From NCBI RefSeq assembly GCF_004010195.1, contig NC_057718.1, positions 9,443,760 through 9,507,759 on the forward strand: DNA of 64,000 bases, given 5' to 3'. Under the pieces are notes generated by a model, which was not told where the DNA came from, searched no databases, and saw only the letters and a list, made by a program, of their open reading frames with translations. This stretch comes from Chiloscyllium plagiosum. Lineage: Eukaryota. Of the stretch, positions 23,955 to 35,902 are shown one piece after another; position 1 is the stretch's first letter, and each line of letters begins with the position of its first letter. Position numbers and translations under genes: made by a program.

Positions 23955-25460
23955 GGTCCCAGAGGACTGAAGAATAACCAACATTGTTCCTTTGTTTAAG
24001 AAGGGCAACGGGAATAATCTGGAACATTATAGGCCGGTGAGCCTGATGTCAGTGGGAGGGAAATTATTGGAGAATCTTCTTAGGGACAATATTTACTCAC
24101 ATTTGGAAAAATATGGATTTCTTGACAATAGGCAGCACGGCTTTGTACAGGGGAGATCATGTCTTACAAACTTGATTGCGTTTTAAGAGGGAGTAACAAA
24201 GGTGGTTGATGAGGGCAGAGCAGTGGGTGTTGTCTACATGGACTTTAACAAGGCCTTTGACATGGCAGGCTGGTACAGAAGGTGAAGTCTCATGGGATCC
24301 ACAGTGAGCTGGTAAAATGGGTTCAGTCCTGATGAATGGTTTCCAGCCCTGTTCCTCCAATACTGTCTGACTTGCTGTGCTTCTCCAACTCCACATTTTA
24401 CCAACCAAAATGGATACAGAGCTGGCTTAGTCACATAAGCCAGAGGGTAGTGATAGAAGAGTGATTTTTCTGACTGGAGATCTGTGACCAGTGGGTATCA
24501 GTATCCGCAGGTATCCATACTAGGACCTCTGTTGTTTGCAATATCTATATGAATGTTCTGGAGGAAAATGTAGGTGGCTTTGTGGATGAGACAAAGATTG
24601 GGGGAGCTGCAGATAATGAGGAGGATTGCAGAGGATACAGTAAGATGTAGATAGGCTGGAGACTTGGCAGGAGAAATGACTGATGGAATTTAATCCGGAC
24701 AAATGTGAGATGATACATTTTGGGAGATCAAATTTAGGAGGAAAGTAAACAGTAAGTGACAGAATCTTTAATAGCATCAACAGACAGAGAGATCTAGGTC
24801 CACAGTTCCCTGAAAGTGGCATTGCAAGTGGATAGGGTGGTCAAGAGGGCATATAGCATGCCTTCATCAGTGGCAGCACAGAGTATAAGAATTGGCAAGT
24901 TATGTTGCAGCTGTATGGATCCTTAGGTAGGTAACATTTGGAATAATGCTTACACTCTGGTTTCCACAGTACCAGAAGGATATGGAGGCTTTGGAGAGAG
25001 CACAGAATAAGGTTTTCTGTATTTTGCCTGGTTTGGGGGGTATTATGAGGAGAGATTGGACAAACTTGATTTGTTTTCACTTGAATGTTAGAGGCTGAGG
25101 TATGACCTGATAGAGGTTTACAAAATTATGAGAGGCATGGAGAGAATGGATAGTTACAGTTTTTTTCTGAGGGTAGAAATGTCAATTACAGGGGGACAGA
25201 GATTTAAGGTAAAAGGGGGCTACGTTTGAAGGAGATGCAAGAGGCAAATTTTTATCACAGTACGGGGTAAGTGCCTGGAGTGCGCTGCTGGAGGAGGTGG
25301 ATACAATGGTAATGCTTAAAAGGCACCTTGACAGATACCTGAACAGGCAGGAAATAGAGGGATACAGATTGTGGAGAGGCAAAAGGTTTTTCATTCATGT
25401 GTCGGTACAGTTTTGGTGGACCAAAGGGCTTGTTCCTGTGCTGTACAGTTCTTCGTTATG
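23955..25460 (+). mobile_element. CR1 LINE, older decayed RT copy with small PLE insert
   Basis: LFKKG...YRPVSLMSVGGKLLE...QHGFVQGRSCLTNL and VYMDFNKAFD. PLE tail inserted at 24327-24406. Confidence 0.88.
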
Positions 25461-25566
25461 TGTTTATTCATAAAGCATAATTCACCTCGAAGCTAAACCC
25501 TTGTTTCAAAGTCACTGGCCCAGTGATTGATCAGGTCTTCGAGAATTCAATTGGTACTTTCCGCTG

Positions 25567-26283
25567 AGAGACCTTGGAGTGCAGGTTCATAGCTCCTTGA
25601 AAGCAGAGTCACAGGTAGATATAATAGTGAAGAAGGCGTTTGGTATGCTTTCCTTTATCGGTCAGAGTATTGAGTACAGGAGTTGGGAGGTCATGTTGTG
25701 GCTGTACAGGACATTGGTTAGGCCACTTTTGGAATATTGCGTGCAATTCTGGTCTCCTTCCTATCGAAAGGATGTTGTGAAACTTGAAAGGGTTCAGAAA
25801 AGAATTATAAGGATGTTGCCAGGGTTGGAGGATTTGAGCTATAGGGAGAGGCTGAATAGGCTGGGGCTGTTTTCCCTGGAGCGTCAGAGGCTGAGGGGTG
25901 ACCTCATTGAGCTTTATAAAATCAGGAGGGGCATGGATAGGGTAAATGGGCAAGGTCATTTCCCTGGGGTGGGAGAGTCCAGAACTAGAGGGCATAGTTT
26001 TAGGGTGATAGGGGAAAGATATAAAAGGGACCTAAAGGGCAACTTTTTCATGTAGAGGGTGGTACATGTATGGAATGAACTGCCAGAAGAAGTGGTGGAA
26101 GCTGATACAATTGCAACATTTAAAAGGCATTTGGATAGATACATGAATAGGAAGTGTTTGTAGGGATATAGGCCAAGTGCTGGCAAATCAGACTAGATTA
26201 GGTTGGGATATCTTGTCAGCATGGACGAGCTGGACTGGAGGGTCTGTTTCCGTGCTGTACTTCTCTATGACTCTATGACTCTA
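25567..26283 (+). mobile_element. CR1/HER1 LINE 3' fragment
   Basis: LYRTLVRPLLEYCVQFWSP...RLRGDLIELYK, with a (CTATGACT)n tail. Confidence 0.92.
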
Positions 26284-26944
26284 AGATGTCACTGTCTCAC
26301 CAAACAGAGCAAAGCATTAGTTTCCTGTTTATTTTATTGACACAGTTATAGGACAAGTTAAAGCTTTTCTTATTTTAGACAAAAAACAAGATCAAATAAA
26401 GTTACAGCACAGGAACAGGCCCTTCAGCCCTCCAAGCCTGCACCAATCCAGATCCTCTATCTAAACCTGTTGCCTATTTTCTAAGGATCAGTATCCCTCT
26501 GCTCCCTGCCCATTCATGTATCTGTCTAGGTATATCTTAAATGATGCTATTGTGCCTGCCCCTACCACCTCCGCTGGCAACGCGTTCCATGCACCCACCA
26601 ACCTCTGCGTAAAGAACTTTCCACATATAATCCAATCAGACTTGGTCATTATGGAGAGTGTCTTGTCACCAGAGCAGCTGGAAAACTGACAGACTTTCCC
26701 ACATAACTGGGCAGTTCCTTCCTAAACCTAGCCTCACTGTCTCTTTAACCAACGCAGGAGTACACCCCCTGTCATCTTCTCTGAATTCATTGCTTCATTA
26801 GTTTCTTTAGCACACAGGATAAACAGAGGACTGTGTAAAGCAGTCTGGGCAGCTACATGTTCACTTGCATATCTCTTTGAAGATATTTATGACTTTAATG
26901 CCAAAGTCTAAGGCCTTCATAGCCACTACTGTTTACGTAAATAC

Positions 26945-27680
26945 AAACCGAAAGAACTGCAGATGCTGTAAATCAGAAACAAAAACAGAAGTAGTTGTAA
27001 AAGCTCAGCAGGTCTGGCAGCATCTGTGAAGAGAAATCAGAATTAATGTTTCGGGTCTGGTGACCCTTCCTCAGAACTGATGGTAGCAAGGACAATGTCA
27101 GTTTTAATGCACAAGATAGGATGGGTGGGCGGAAGGGTGGGGGGGTAAGGAATAAACGATAGGTGGGAATAGAGCCCAAAGGGAGAGAAGAACCCAGCTG
27201 GACAGAAAAAGGATAATGATCCGGCTGGGAGGGTGAATAGCTGTTAATGGAGACTGTTCGTGGCTAACAGTGGGTGGTGTGTAATGGTAGACTGTGTGAT
27301 AGCAAGATCTGGTGTGTGAGGGTAGGGGGCTAAGACATGGGGGAGTTCAGGCCCTAAAATGATTGAACTTGATATTGAGTCCAGAGGGCTGCAGGGTTCC
27401 TAGGCAGTAAATGAGGTGCTGTCCTTCCAGCTTGCCCTGAGCTTAGCTCGGGCACTGCAGCGAGCCTGAGACAGAGATGTTGGCCAGGGAACAGGGTGAT
27501 GTGTTAAAGTGGCAGGCAACCACAAGGTCAGGGTCTTTTTTTGCAGGCAGGATGTGGATGTTCTGCAAAGAGGTCATCCAGTCTACGGCTTCATTTCCCC
27601 AAAGTAGTAGGAGACAACATTGTGAGCAGCGAATGCAGTAGATCAGATTGTGAGAAATGTGGGTAAAGTGCTGCTTCACT
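26945..27680 (-). mobile_element. Penelope-like GIY-YIG and 3' end with hammerhead
   Basis: HNLIYCIRCSQC.LL...VACHFN. Reverse complement CTGAGGA-A-GGGTC-ACCA-GACCC-GAAA-CA-TT at 27041-27078. Confidence 0.78.
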
Positions 27681-27923
27681 ATTGTTACCTCCATCTCAAC
27701 AGCTGCCAAACACCCTTGACTGGCCTTGCATACTTCTTCCTGTAGAACCTGATCTACTTAGCCTGATCCCCATAGCCCATGTTATAACTTGCACCAAATT
27801 TCACGGATCCATTGGGCTCCGCCGTTCCCACCCTAACCCCGGCACGTTGACTCATCAGAGACTCAATTTTAAAATTCCAATCTAATCATCAGCCACCAGA
27901 AGAATAATAATTGCTGAACTATC

Positions 27924-28034
27924 TTGATTCGGAGGTGCCGGTGTCAGACTGGGATGTACAAAGTTACAAATCACACAACACCAGGTTATAGTCCAAATAA
28001 ATCTGTTGGACTATAACTTGGTGTTGTGCGATTT
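27924..28034. mobile_element. Collapsed fold-back mini-PLE (family B, ribozyme centre missing)
   Basis: acaacaccaggttatagtccaa and ttggactataacttggtgttgt are inverted arms. TSD TGAACTATC at 27915-23 and 28035-43. Confidence 0.7.
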
Positions 28035-28294
28035 TGAACTATCAATAGCCACAGTAACAATCGATTTAGCATAACCATTCGATTTCATAAAGCGGTTTAT
28101 TTATACTTGCTGGAATTGATGGATGCAGGAAACTGCAAACGTAAGGAATACGTCCAGGTTTTTCAGATTCTTTGAATTAGCCAGAGAGTTGTAGTTCCAC
28201 TTCACTTTCTCCAATGGCAATGCCAATCAGAGTTGACATACCCATTGATCACCATTTTTTTCTCTTTGGCATAAATTATTGAGAATGTTTGAAA

Positions 28295-29272
28295 CGGTTG
28301 GATGGGTATATGAATAGGAAGGGTTTGGAGGGATATGGGCCGGGTGCTGGCAGGTGGGACTAGATTGGGTTGGGATATCTGGTCGGCATGGACCGGTTGG
28401 ACCGAAGGGTCTGTTTCCATGCTGTACATCTCTATGACTCTATGACTCTATTGCATTCTCGCATTCATACAAGATGAAAAGTTGCAGAGATTCTTTGTTT
28501 TTCACAATAATTTCATTTTTCATGTCTCTCCCTGCTTGGGCTAATTCCTAATCAAATATATAATCTCCTCAGGCGCTGCCATCCTCTGAAATCTTTGTAA
28601 TCATTTAACCCTTGGGCAACCCCACGTTTCGCTACCACACCTTCAGTCACCTAGATCCTAAAGCCCAAAATCCTCTTGCACATCTCTCCATTTGTCCGGG
28701 TTACTTTCCAATATTGGCGAGGCCATGTTTGGAATACTGCGCTCATTTCTTTCCTTTCTGCCATAGGAAAGATGCTGTTAATCTTGAAAGAGTTCAGTAA
28801 AAATTTACAAGGATGTTACCAGGTTTGGAGGGTTTGAGCTATCGGGTGAGACTGAATCGGCTGGGGCTGTTTTCCCTGGAGCATCAGAGAATGAGGAATA
28901 ACCTTATAGAGGTTTATAAAATTATGATAGGGTAAATAGCTAAGGTTTTTTTCCCCAGGGTAGGGGAGTCCAAAACTAGAAGCCATAGGTTTAGGGTGAG
29001 AGGGGAAAGATTTAAAACAGACCTAAGGGGCAACCTTTTCACGCAGAGGGTGGTACGTGCATGGAATGAGCTGCTAGAGGAAGTGGCGGAGGCTAGTATA
29101 ATGACAAACATTTAAAAGTCATCTGGATGGGTGTATGAATAGGAAGGGTTTAGAGGGATATGGCTCAAATGTTGGCAAATGGGACTAGATGAGATTGGGA
29201 TATCTGGTCGGTATGGACAAGTTGGACCGAAGCTTCCGATTCTGTGCTGTACAACTCTATGACTCTGTGACT
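28295..29272 (+). mobile_element. Two CR1/HER1 3' fragments (28295-28450 and 28710-29272)
   Basis: Both end in (ctatgact)n. The second encodes ARPCLEYCAHF...LERVQ. Confidence 0.85.
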
Positions 29273-30951
29273 GTGAGTCTATTAAAATGCTTCCATCATT
29301 TTGACGGGGCTGCAGCTGACTCAGAGACGAGAGCGTCACCGAGTGAGCAATGGCTGATGCACAAGCGACCGAGCTAGGAACTGTGCGGATCTTGGTGGGC
29401 TGAAGGGAGGAGGAGGATGGAAATTACAGAAGCAGGGGCAAAGAGGTGTGTGGGGGGGGGGGGAGGGGCATATTATAAGTGACAGTTGCAGCTGCCCCTA
29501 GCAAAATCTCAGTGGCTAGAGGGTTCCTATCGCTACAAATCACCTGAGATCCAACACCAAATGCAGCTTCAGTTCTAGGTGTTCATTTCTAATGTGCCAT
29601 TCATTTTGGCATCAAAATAATCTTGTATTTAAAATGTTGTTGTGCAAGATTTTACACCAATGTTGGTAAAACTAGGGTGTCCACCATCATCTGAGGCATA
29701 TCTCTATCCACCCGAGAAACTACCTGAAAGACAGAGGGAAAGAGGTTAAGTCATCTTCTGAACAAAATACGTTGGTGGAATTTATGAGGCAATTTTATTC
29801 TGGTTTTATTTTGTAATTCCTTTGTCGTCTCCTCTGGTAGTCATGGAGACAGCAACTTTTCCAAATGAATCATTTGCCTTTGAAGGATGGAAAGGAATGT
29901 GCATTTATAAAGCCCCAAATCTGTCAGATCCCTCAGGAACATTCCAAAGCACTTCATGTGGATATGGAATCACAAACCCATACAGCAGACAGGGAGGCCA
30001 TTTGGTCTATCGTAGCTATGCCAGCCCTTTCTCGCAACTCCACTCTTTCTCCACAGCCTGTCAAATATTTATCCAATCCTTTTTTGAAAGTTACGATCGT
30101 GGCTGGTTCTGTCAAGCATTCAAACAGCCTGCTCTTGATCACCAGCATTCATCTGCAATAGTGTTCCTTCATGTTGCCTCAAACGTATCCAGATCAAATT
30201 TGCTGTTCATCTTGGAGATCACAGCAGGTCAGGCAGCATCCATGGAGAGAGAGCAAGCTAACGTTTCAAGTCTGGATGACTCTTCAGCAGAGCTTCAGCT
30301 TGCTCTCGCCCCATGGAGGCTGCCTGATCTCCAGCATTTGTTGCTTCCAGTACAGAGTCCAGCATCTGTAGTAATTTGTTCCTATTTATCTGGCCTGCTC
30401 AAAGGAGAACAATGCCAGCCGATCAAGTCTCCAAACGTAACTGCAGACCCTCACCCCCGTACTGGCCTTGCAAAGCACCCTCACACTTTCTCTTCTCTGA
30501 AGCCTTGACGTTCTGACCCAGAGTGACCACAATGTTTCAGTATCACGGTCCAGTCCCTAATCTGACTCACTTATGCATGCTGAGGTTGCTTTGCCCTGGA
30601 TGGTATTGAGCTTCTTGAGTGTGGTTGGAGCTGCACCTATCAGGCAAGTGGGGAGCATTCCATCACACTCCTGACTTGTGTCTTATAGAGGTGGACAGAC
30701 GTGGAGGAGTCAAAGTGTGAATTACTTGCTGCGGGATTCCTAGCCTCTCTTGTAGCCACAGTATTTATATGACTGTTTCAGACTGCTTTCTGATCAGCTG
30801 CAACCCCCAAAATGCTGATGGTGGGAGATTTAGCAATGGTTATATTATTGAATGTCAAGGGACAATGGTTAGATTCTCTCTTGTCAGAGAAGGTCATTGG
30901 CACTTGTGTGTAATGGATGTTATTTGCTACCTGTCAATTCTAGCCTGGATA

Positions 30952-31394
30952 ATGCCATTGCCTCTGCCAATGCCACAATGAACCCAAACCGCATATTGGA
31001 GGAACAACACCGCATCTTCCGCCTGGGCTGCCTACAACCCAGAGGACTCAACATAGAGTTGTCCAATTTCAAATAACCTCCTTTCCCTTCCCCCAACTCT
31101 CTTACCAGTCCCTCCCCCTCCCCTGCCCTTTCACTCCTCCCAGTCACCTACTAGATTTATTCCTCCTATTGACCAACCAGGTCATACCCTCTGCCTGAGT
31201 TCACCTATCCCCACTTCACCATCCTGCTCCCGCCGCCCCCTTTATCTGCAGCTCGCCCACACTCACACCCAGTCCTGAAGAAGGGTTAGACCACTGACTT
31301 CTGCACCTCCTGATGCTGCCTGACTTGCTGTGTTCTTCCAGCCTCCTGCCTGTCTACTTTGGATTCTAGCATCTGCAGTTTTTTTTTGTATCTA
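30952..31394 (+). mobile_element. PLE 3' fragment inserted in an older LINE
   Basis: RILEEQHRIFRLGCLQPRGLNIE (GIY-YIG C-terminus). TSD AGCCTGGATA at 30942-51 and 31395-404. Confidence 0.78.
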
Positions 31395-31675
31395 AGCCTG
31401 GATATTGTCCAGATCTTGATGCATTTGAACAGTCACGAATGGTGCTGAACATTGTGCAATCATTGGTGGACATCCCAGTTGTAATGGAAGGAAGGTCATT
31501 GATGAAGCAGCTGAAGATGGTTGAGCCAAGGAGCCACACTGAGGAAGTCCTCAGGTTACGTGCTAAGACTGAGATGAATGAACTCCAATCTTCCTTTCTG
31601 TAAGTTATGCCTTAAACCAGTGGAGAGGTTTCCATCACCATTGCATTCAAAGTCCTTTGTTGTCTCATTTTTTTT

Positions 31676-31958
31676 AGAATTAGTATGCCCACAGTGTAAA
31701 AACAGGCCCTTTAGCCTAACAAATCCACACTGACCCTCTGAAGAGTAATCTCCCCTATATTTACCCCTGACTAATAACCTACACGATGGGTAATTTAGCA
31801 TGGCCAATTCACCTATCCTGCACATCTTTGGATTGTGAGAGCACCTGGAGGAAACCGACACAGACACGGGGAGAATGTGCAAACTCCACACAGACGGTTG
31901 CCCGAGGCTGGAATCGAACCTGGATCCCTCGTGCTGGGAGGCAGCAGTGCTAACCACT
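31676..31958 (-). mobile_element. HE1-type SINE
   Basis: V-domain and tRNA head on the - strand. Confidence 0.8.
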
Positions 31959-32097
31959 TGATTAAATGTTGTCTTTGATGTAGAGGGTGTGATTCTCGCG
32001 TGATCTCCGGAGTTTAGTGTTTGTTTCCATATGAACTTATGAAACAAATTAGTTGTAGAAAGTAGGCCATTCAGCCCCTCACACATGCACTACCATT

Positions 32098-32296
32098 CAG
32101 GTCATTCTGGTATAACGCACATTCCGTCAACACAAATTGGCTGTGACGCGATTGGTGAATTGCGGACACTGTTTGAAGAATGTGAACTTTCCACTGAGCA
32201 AGTATTAGCGATCTTCTACAATGCAATCTTCTACAATGTGATTTTCCATAGCGTGAGGTTGCAGAGGAATTGTTGTGTCATATCAGATCGCTCTGT
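32098..32296. mobile_element. Tc1/mariner-type MITE
   Basis: Starts CAGGTCATTCTG like the 33749 copy and ends ...ctctgTA. Sits inside a CR1 tail. Confidence 0.55.
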
Positions 32297-32749
32297 AAGA
32301 TCATGGCTGATCTAATTCGAATCTCAAGCCTACATTTTCACCCACCCGGATGACCTCTCACCTCTCTGCTAATCAAAATTCTATCCACCCCTGACACAAA
32401 AAAATCGAACGACTTTTCTTTCACCACCTTTCAGGAAGAGAAACCCAGAGACTCACAACCCTCTGAGGGAATGAAAGCTCACCTCCTCTCTGTTTTAAGT
32501 GGATGGCCCATGATCAGTGAACCCTAGTTCTACTTTCTCACTTAATGGGAACCACACTCTATACTTGCCCTGTCAGGACCCCTCAGGATCTTACATGTTT
32601 CAAATAGCAACCTCTTAACTTCTAAAGGTCAGTGAATACAAGCCTATCCTGTTCAACCTTTCCTCATAAGGACTTGAGATCTAGTGAGCTTGCGTGATGT
32701 ACACTTTAGCTGTACAAGATTTTATTATATTTTGAAGGTGGATACTTTT

Positions 32750-33540
32750 TGAGACAATGTGGCAGCGGGAGTCTTTGAGCTCATCATCGGTGGTCCCTCA
32801 CAGACAAGGATGTCTCTCTCCCACTCGCAGGGTGAATCTGTAGGTGGTTGTACAGACCATTGAGGCTACTGCAGACTCTGTTACACTTGGGGCAGCAGAT
32901 GGTAATGGGAAGGGATGGCTGGGGGTCAGCACGCTCCTTACACTGTTTGTGCCTGGCTTCCACCTTTTCCCACCAGCAATTCTCGAGATGCTCGACACCT
33001 TCCCGGATGCCCCTCCCCCACTTTGGACAGTCTCGGGCCAGTGATTTCCAGGTGTCTGTGGGAATGCTGCACTTCACCTGTGGGGTCTTGGGGGCATCCC
33101 TGAAGCAATTCCTTATTTCACCTAGGGTTCTCCTGCTCTTTCGGAGCTGGGGGTAGAGCACTGGCTTGGGGAATCTTGTGTCCATCACAGCCAATCAAGG
33201 GTGGTCAGTGCCTCGATGCTGGGGATATTGGCCTAGTCAAGGACTCTGGTGTTGGTGCATCTGTCTTCCCAGTGGATTCACAGGCAGCGTTGGTCTTCCT
33301 GCTCCAGCACCTTGGAGGTGTCTGCTGTATACAGCCCATGTCTCAGAGCCATATAAGAAGGCAGGAGCCATCACAGCTTTGTAAACCATGGGCTTGGTGT
33401 CGGATCTGCTGCTGTTGTCCTCAAACGCAGTCACTTCCAACACCTTTGGACTGCCCTGTCAACCAAAGTTATTGTTGAAAAGATCCCAAATCGCCTCCAT
33501 TGTGCTAGTGCAGCATTCTTTGAGCTGAGGAAGGCATGCC
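32750..33540 (-). mobile_element. RTE-clade LINE 3' fragment
   Basis: TKPMVYKAVMAPAFLYGSETW and RFPKPVLY...TWKSLARD..KW, plus terminal CPKC..C....GLYNH...H zinc finger. Confidence 0.82.
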
Positions 33541-33748
33541 TAGAGTTTGGTGCGACTGCAATTTGTTACAGACCTGCAATGTACAGAGACATCTAGAAGC
33601 ATGCACACAATGAGCATTTCTTACCCCTTCTGTCTGTGAGCGAAAAGACAAAAGCCCTCATGACTTTAAAAGAAGAATTCTGATTAAAGAAAAGATCCAC
33701 CCAACCAGTTATTTGTATCAATGACTCATTGTCACTCATCAGACAATA

Positions 33749-33967
33749 CAGGTCATTCTGCAATAACGCCCTTTCAGTAACACGAATTGGCGGCAATACA
33801 ATTGACAAATTGGGGGACACTGTTTCTAAAGCATGAACGTTTAAAACATGTGTTGGATGTAACGCGATTACATCGCCAACACTTTAAGTATTGTTTCTAA
33901 AGCATGATCTTTCTATAATGTAGGGTTGCACAAGAATGCAATTATCACTTTACAGAAGAATCACCTG
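33749..33967. mobile_element. Tc1/mariner-type MITE
   Basis: Terminal inverted repeats CAGGTCATTCT and AGAATCACCTG, preceded by TA. Confidence 0.65.
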
Positions 33968-34212
33968 CATCTTGTCACCATCACTTTAAAAGGCTAAAAA
34001 GCTGAGGGAAATAACTCTCCATGCTTGTGGTCTGGGCTTACGATCTATAGAATTTGTTTCCACTCTCCACACTTTTTCCACCCATAACATTTGTGTCAAA
34101 CCTTCTGCTTTTCTCTAACTTATTCATGAACAAATTTTTGAGTATTTGAGGTTTTAAAGGAGTGAAGCCTAAATTAGTAATCTGAATTTTTTTGTCATTT
34201 GTTAAACAATAA

Positions 34213-34522
34213 GTTGAAAATCACACACCAGGTTGTAGTGCAACAGGTTTATTTGAAACCAACAACTGAAACCAACATGCTCATTCTAAAAGATGAGAGA
34301 CTTAACAAACAATCCAGGTCTTTTTCAATATCTAGTTTCAGTTATGTCACACTGTAAACTTTTGCTATAAATTCTGTGTCTTATGATCTTCTCTTCCACA
34401 ACCACCTGATGAAGGAGCAGTGCTCTGAAAGCTAGTGCTTCTAAATAAACCTGTTAGACTATAACCTGGTGTTGTGTGATTTTTAACTTTGTACATCCCA
34501 GTCCAACACTGGCACCTCCAAG
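34213..34522. mobile_element. PLE family-B end with short inverted arm
   Basis: Hammerhead-like CAC-CTGATGA...GAAA-GC-TA-GTG at 34403-37. 34213-55 is inverted relative to about 34443-88. Confidence 0.7.
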
Positions 34523-34635
34523 TTCAAGATTAAGTTTACAATAAATAGAATAATGTTCTATTCATGATGAAACACGGTGTGACTTACTTTTATCTTGAAT
34601 AGCAATCCACTTAGAACCTCAAAAATATGGAAGTA

Positions 34636-35648
34636 GGCACGGTGGCACAGTGGTTAGTACTGTTGCCTCACAGCGCCAGAGACCTGGGTTCAATTCCTGC
34701 CTCAGGTGACCAGTGGAGTGCCACAAGGTTCGGTGCTGGGCCCCCTATGTTTTGTCATTTACATAAATGATTTGGATGCGAGCATAAGAGGTACAGTTAG
34801 TAAGTTTGCAGATGACACCAAAATTGGAGGTGTAGTGGACAGCGAAGAGGGTTACCTCAGATTAAAACAGGATCTGGACCAGATGNNNNNNNNNNNNNNN
34901 NNNNNNNNNNNNNNNNNNNNNNNNNNNNNNNNNNNNNNNNNNATGTTGCCAGGGTTGGAGGATCTGAGCTACAGAGAGAGGCTGAAGAGGCTGGGGCTGT
35001 TTTCCCTGGAGCGCCGGAGGCTGAGGGGTGACCTTATAGAGGTTTACAAAATTATGAGGGGCATGGATAGGATAAATAGGCAAAATCTTTTCCCTGGGGT
35101 CGGGGAGTCCAGAACTAGAGGGCATAGGTTTAGGGTGAGAGGGGAAAGATATAAAAGAGACCTGAGGGGCAACCTTTTTACGCAGATGGTGGTATGTGTA
35201 TGGAATGAGTTGCCAGAGGAAGTGGTGGAAGCTGGTTCAATTGCAACATTTAAGAGGCATTTGGATGGGTATATGAATAGGAAGGGTTTGGAGGGATATG
35301 GGCCGGATGCTGGCAGGTGGGATAGATTGGGTTGGGATATCTGGTCGGCATGGACAGGTTGGACCGAAGGGTCTGTTTCCATGCTGTACATCTCTATGAC
35401 TCTATGACTGTGTGGAGTTTGCACATTTTCCCTGTGTCTGCGTGGATTTCCTCTGGGTGCTCCGGTTTCCTCCCATAGTCCGAAAATGTGCAGGTTAGGT
35501 GAATTGGCCATGCTAAATTGCCCATAGTGTTAGGTGAAGGGGTAAATGTAGGGGAATGGCTCTGGGTGGGTTGCGCTTCGGAGGGTGGGTGTGGACTTGT
35601 TGGGCCGAATGGCCTGTTTCCACACTGTAAGTAATCTAATCTAATCTA
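34636..35648 (+). mobile_element. HE1 SINE split by a CR1/HER1 insertion (34706-35409, contains a gap)
   Basis: SINE head 34636-34710, then CR1 RT (GVPQGSVLGP, KFADDTK), then the SINE body resumes at 35405. Confidence 0.88.
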
Positions 35649-35649
35649 T

Positions 35650-35902
35650 TCCACCCATCAGGTCCACACTAACCCTCTGAAGGACCTTCCACCCCACCCC
35701 TTTAACCCTGCATTTCCCATGGCCAATCCATCCAACCTGCACATCTTTGGGCTGTGGCAGGAAACCAGAGCATCCAGAAGAAACCCACGCAGACATGGGG
35801 AGAGTGTGCAAACTCCACACAGACAGTCATTTGAGGCTGGAATTGAACTTGGGTCCCTGGCACTGTGAGGCAGCAGAGCTAACCACTGAGCCAAGGTGCC
35901 AT
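35650..35902 (-). mobile_element. HE1-type SINE, tail-to-tail with the preceding copy
   Basis: tRNA head and V-domain on the - strand. Confidence 0.82.

Noticed and set aside
30255..30295. Hammerhead-like motif on the - strand (also about 18959, 31272, 41234 and 63372)
   Set aside because: Core or stem positions are mutated, so these are counted as decayed PLE ends rather than functional ribozymes.
29822..30508. 228-aa ORF
   Set aside because: It is a patchwork of antisense CR1 and PLE fragments with no coherent domain.
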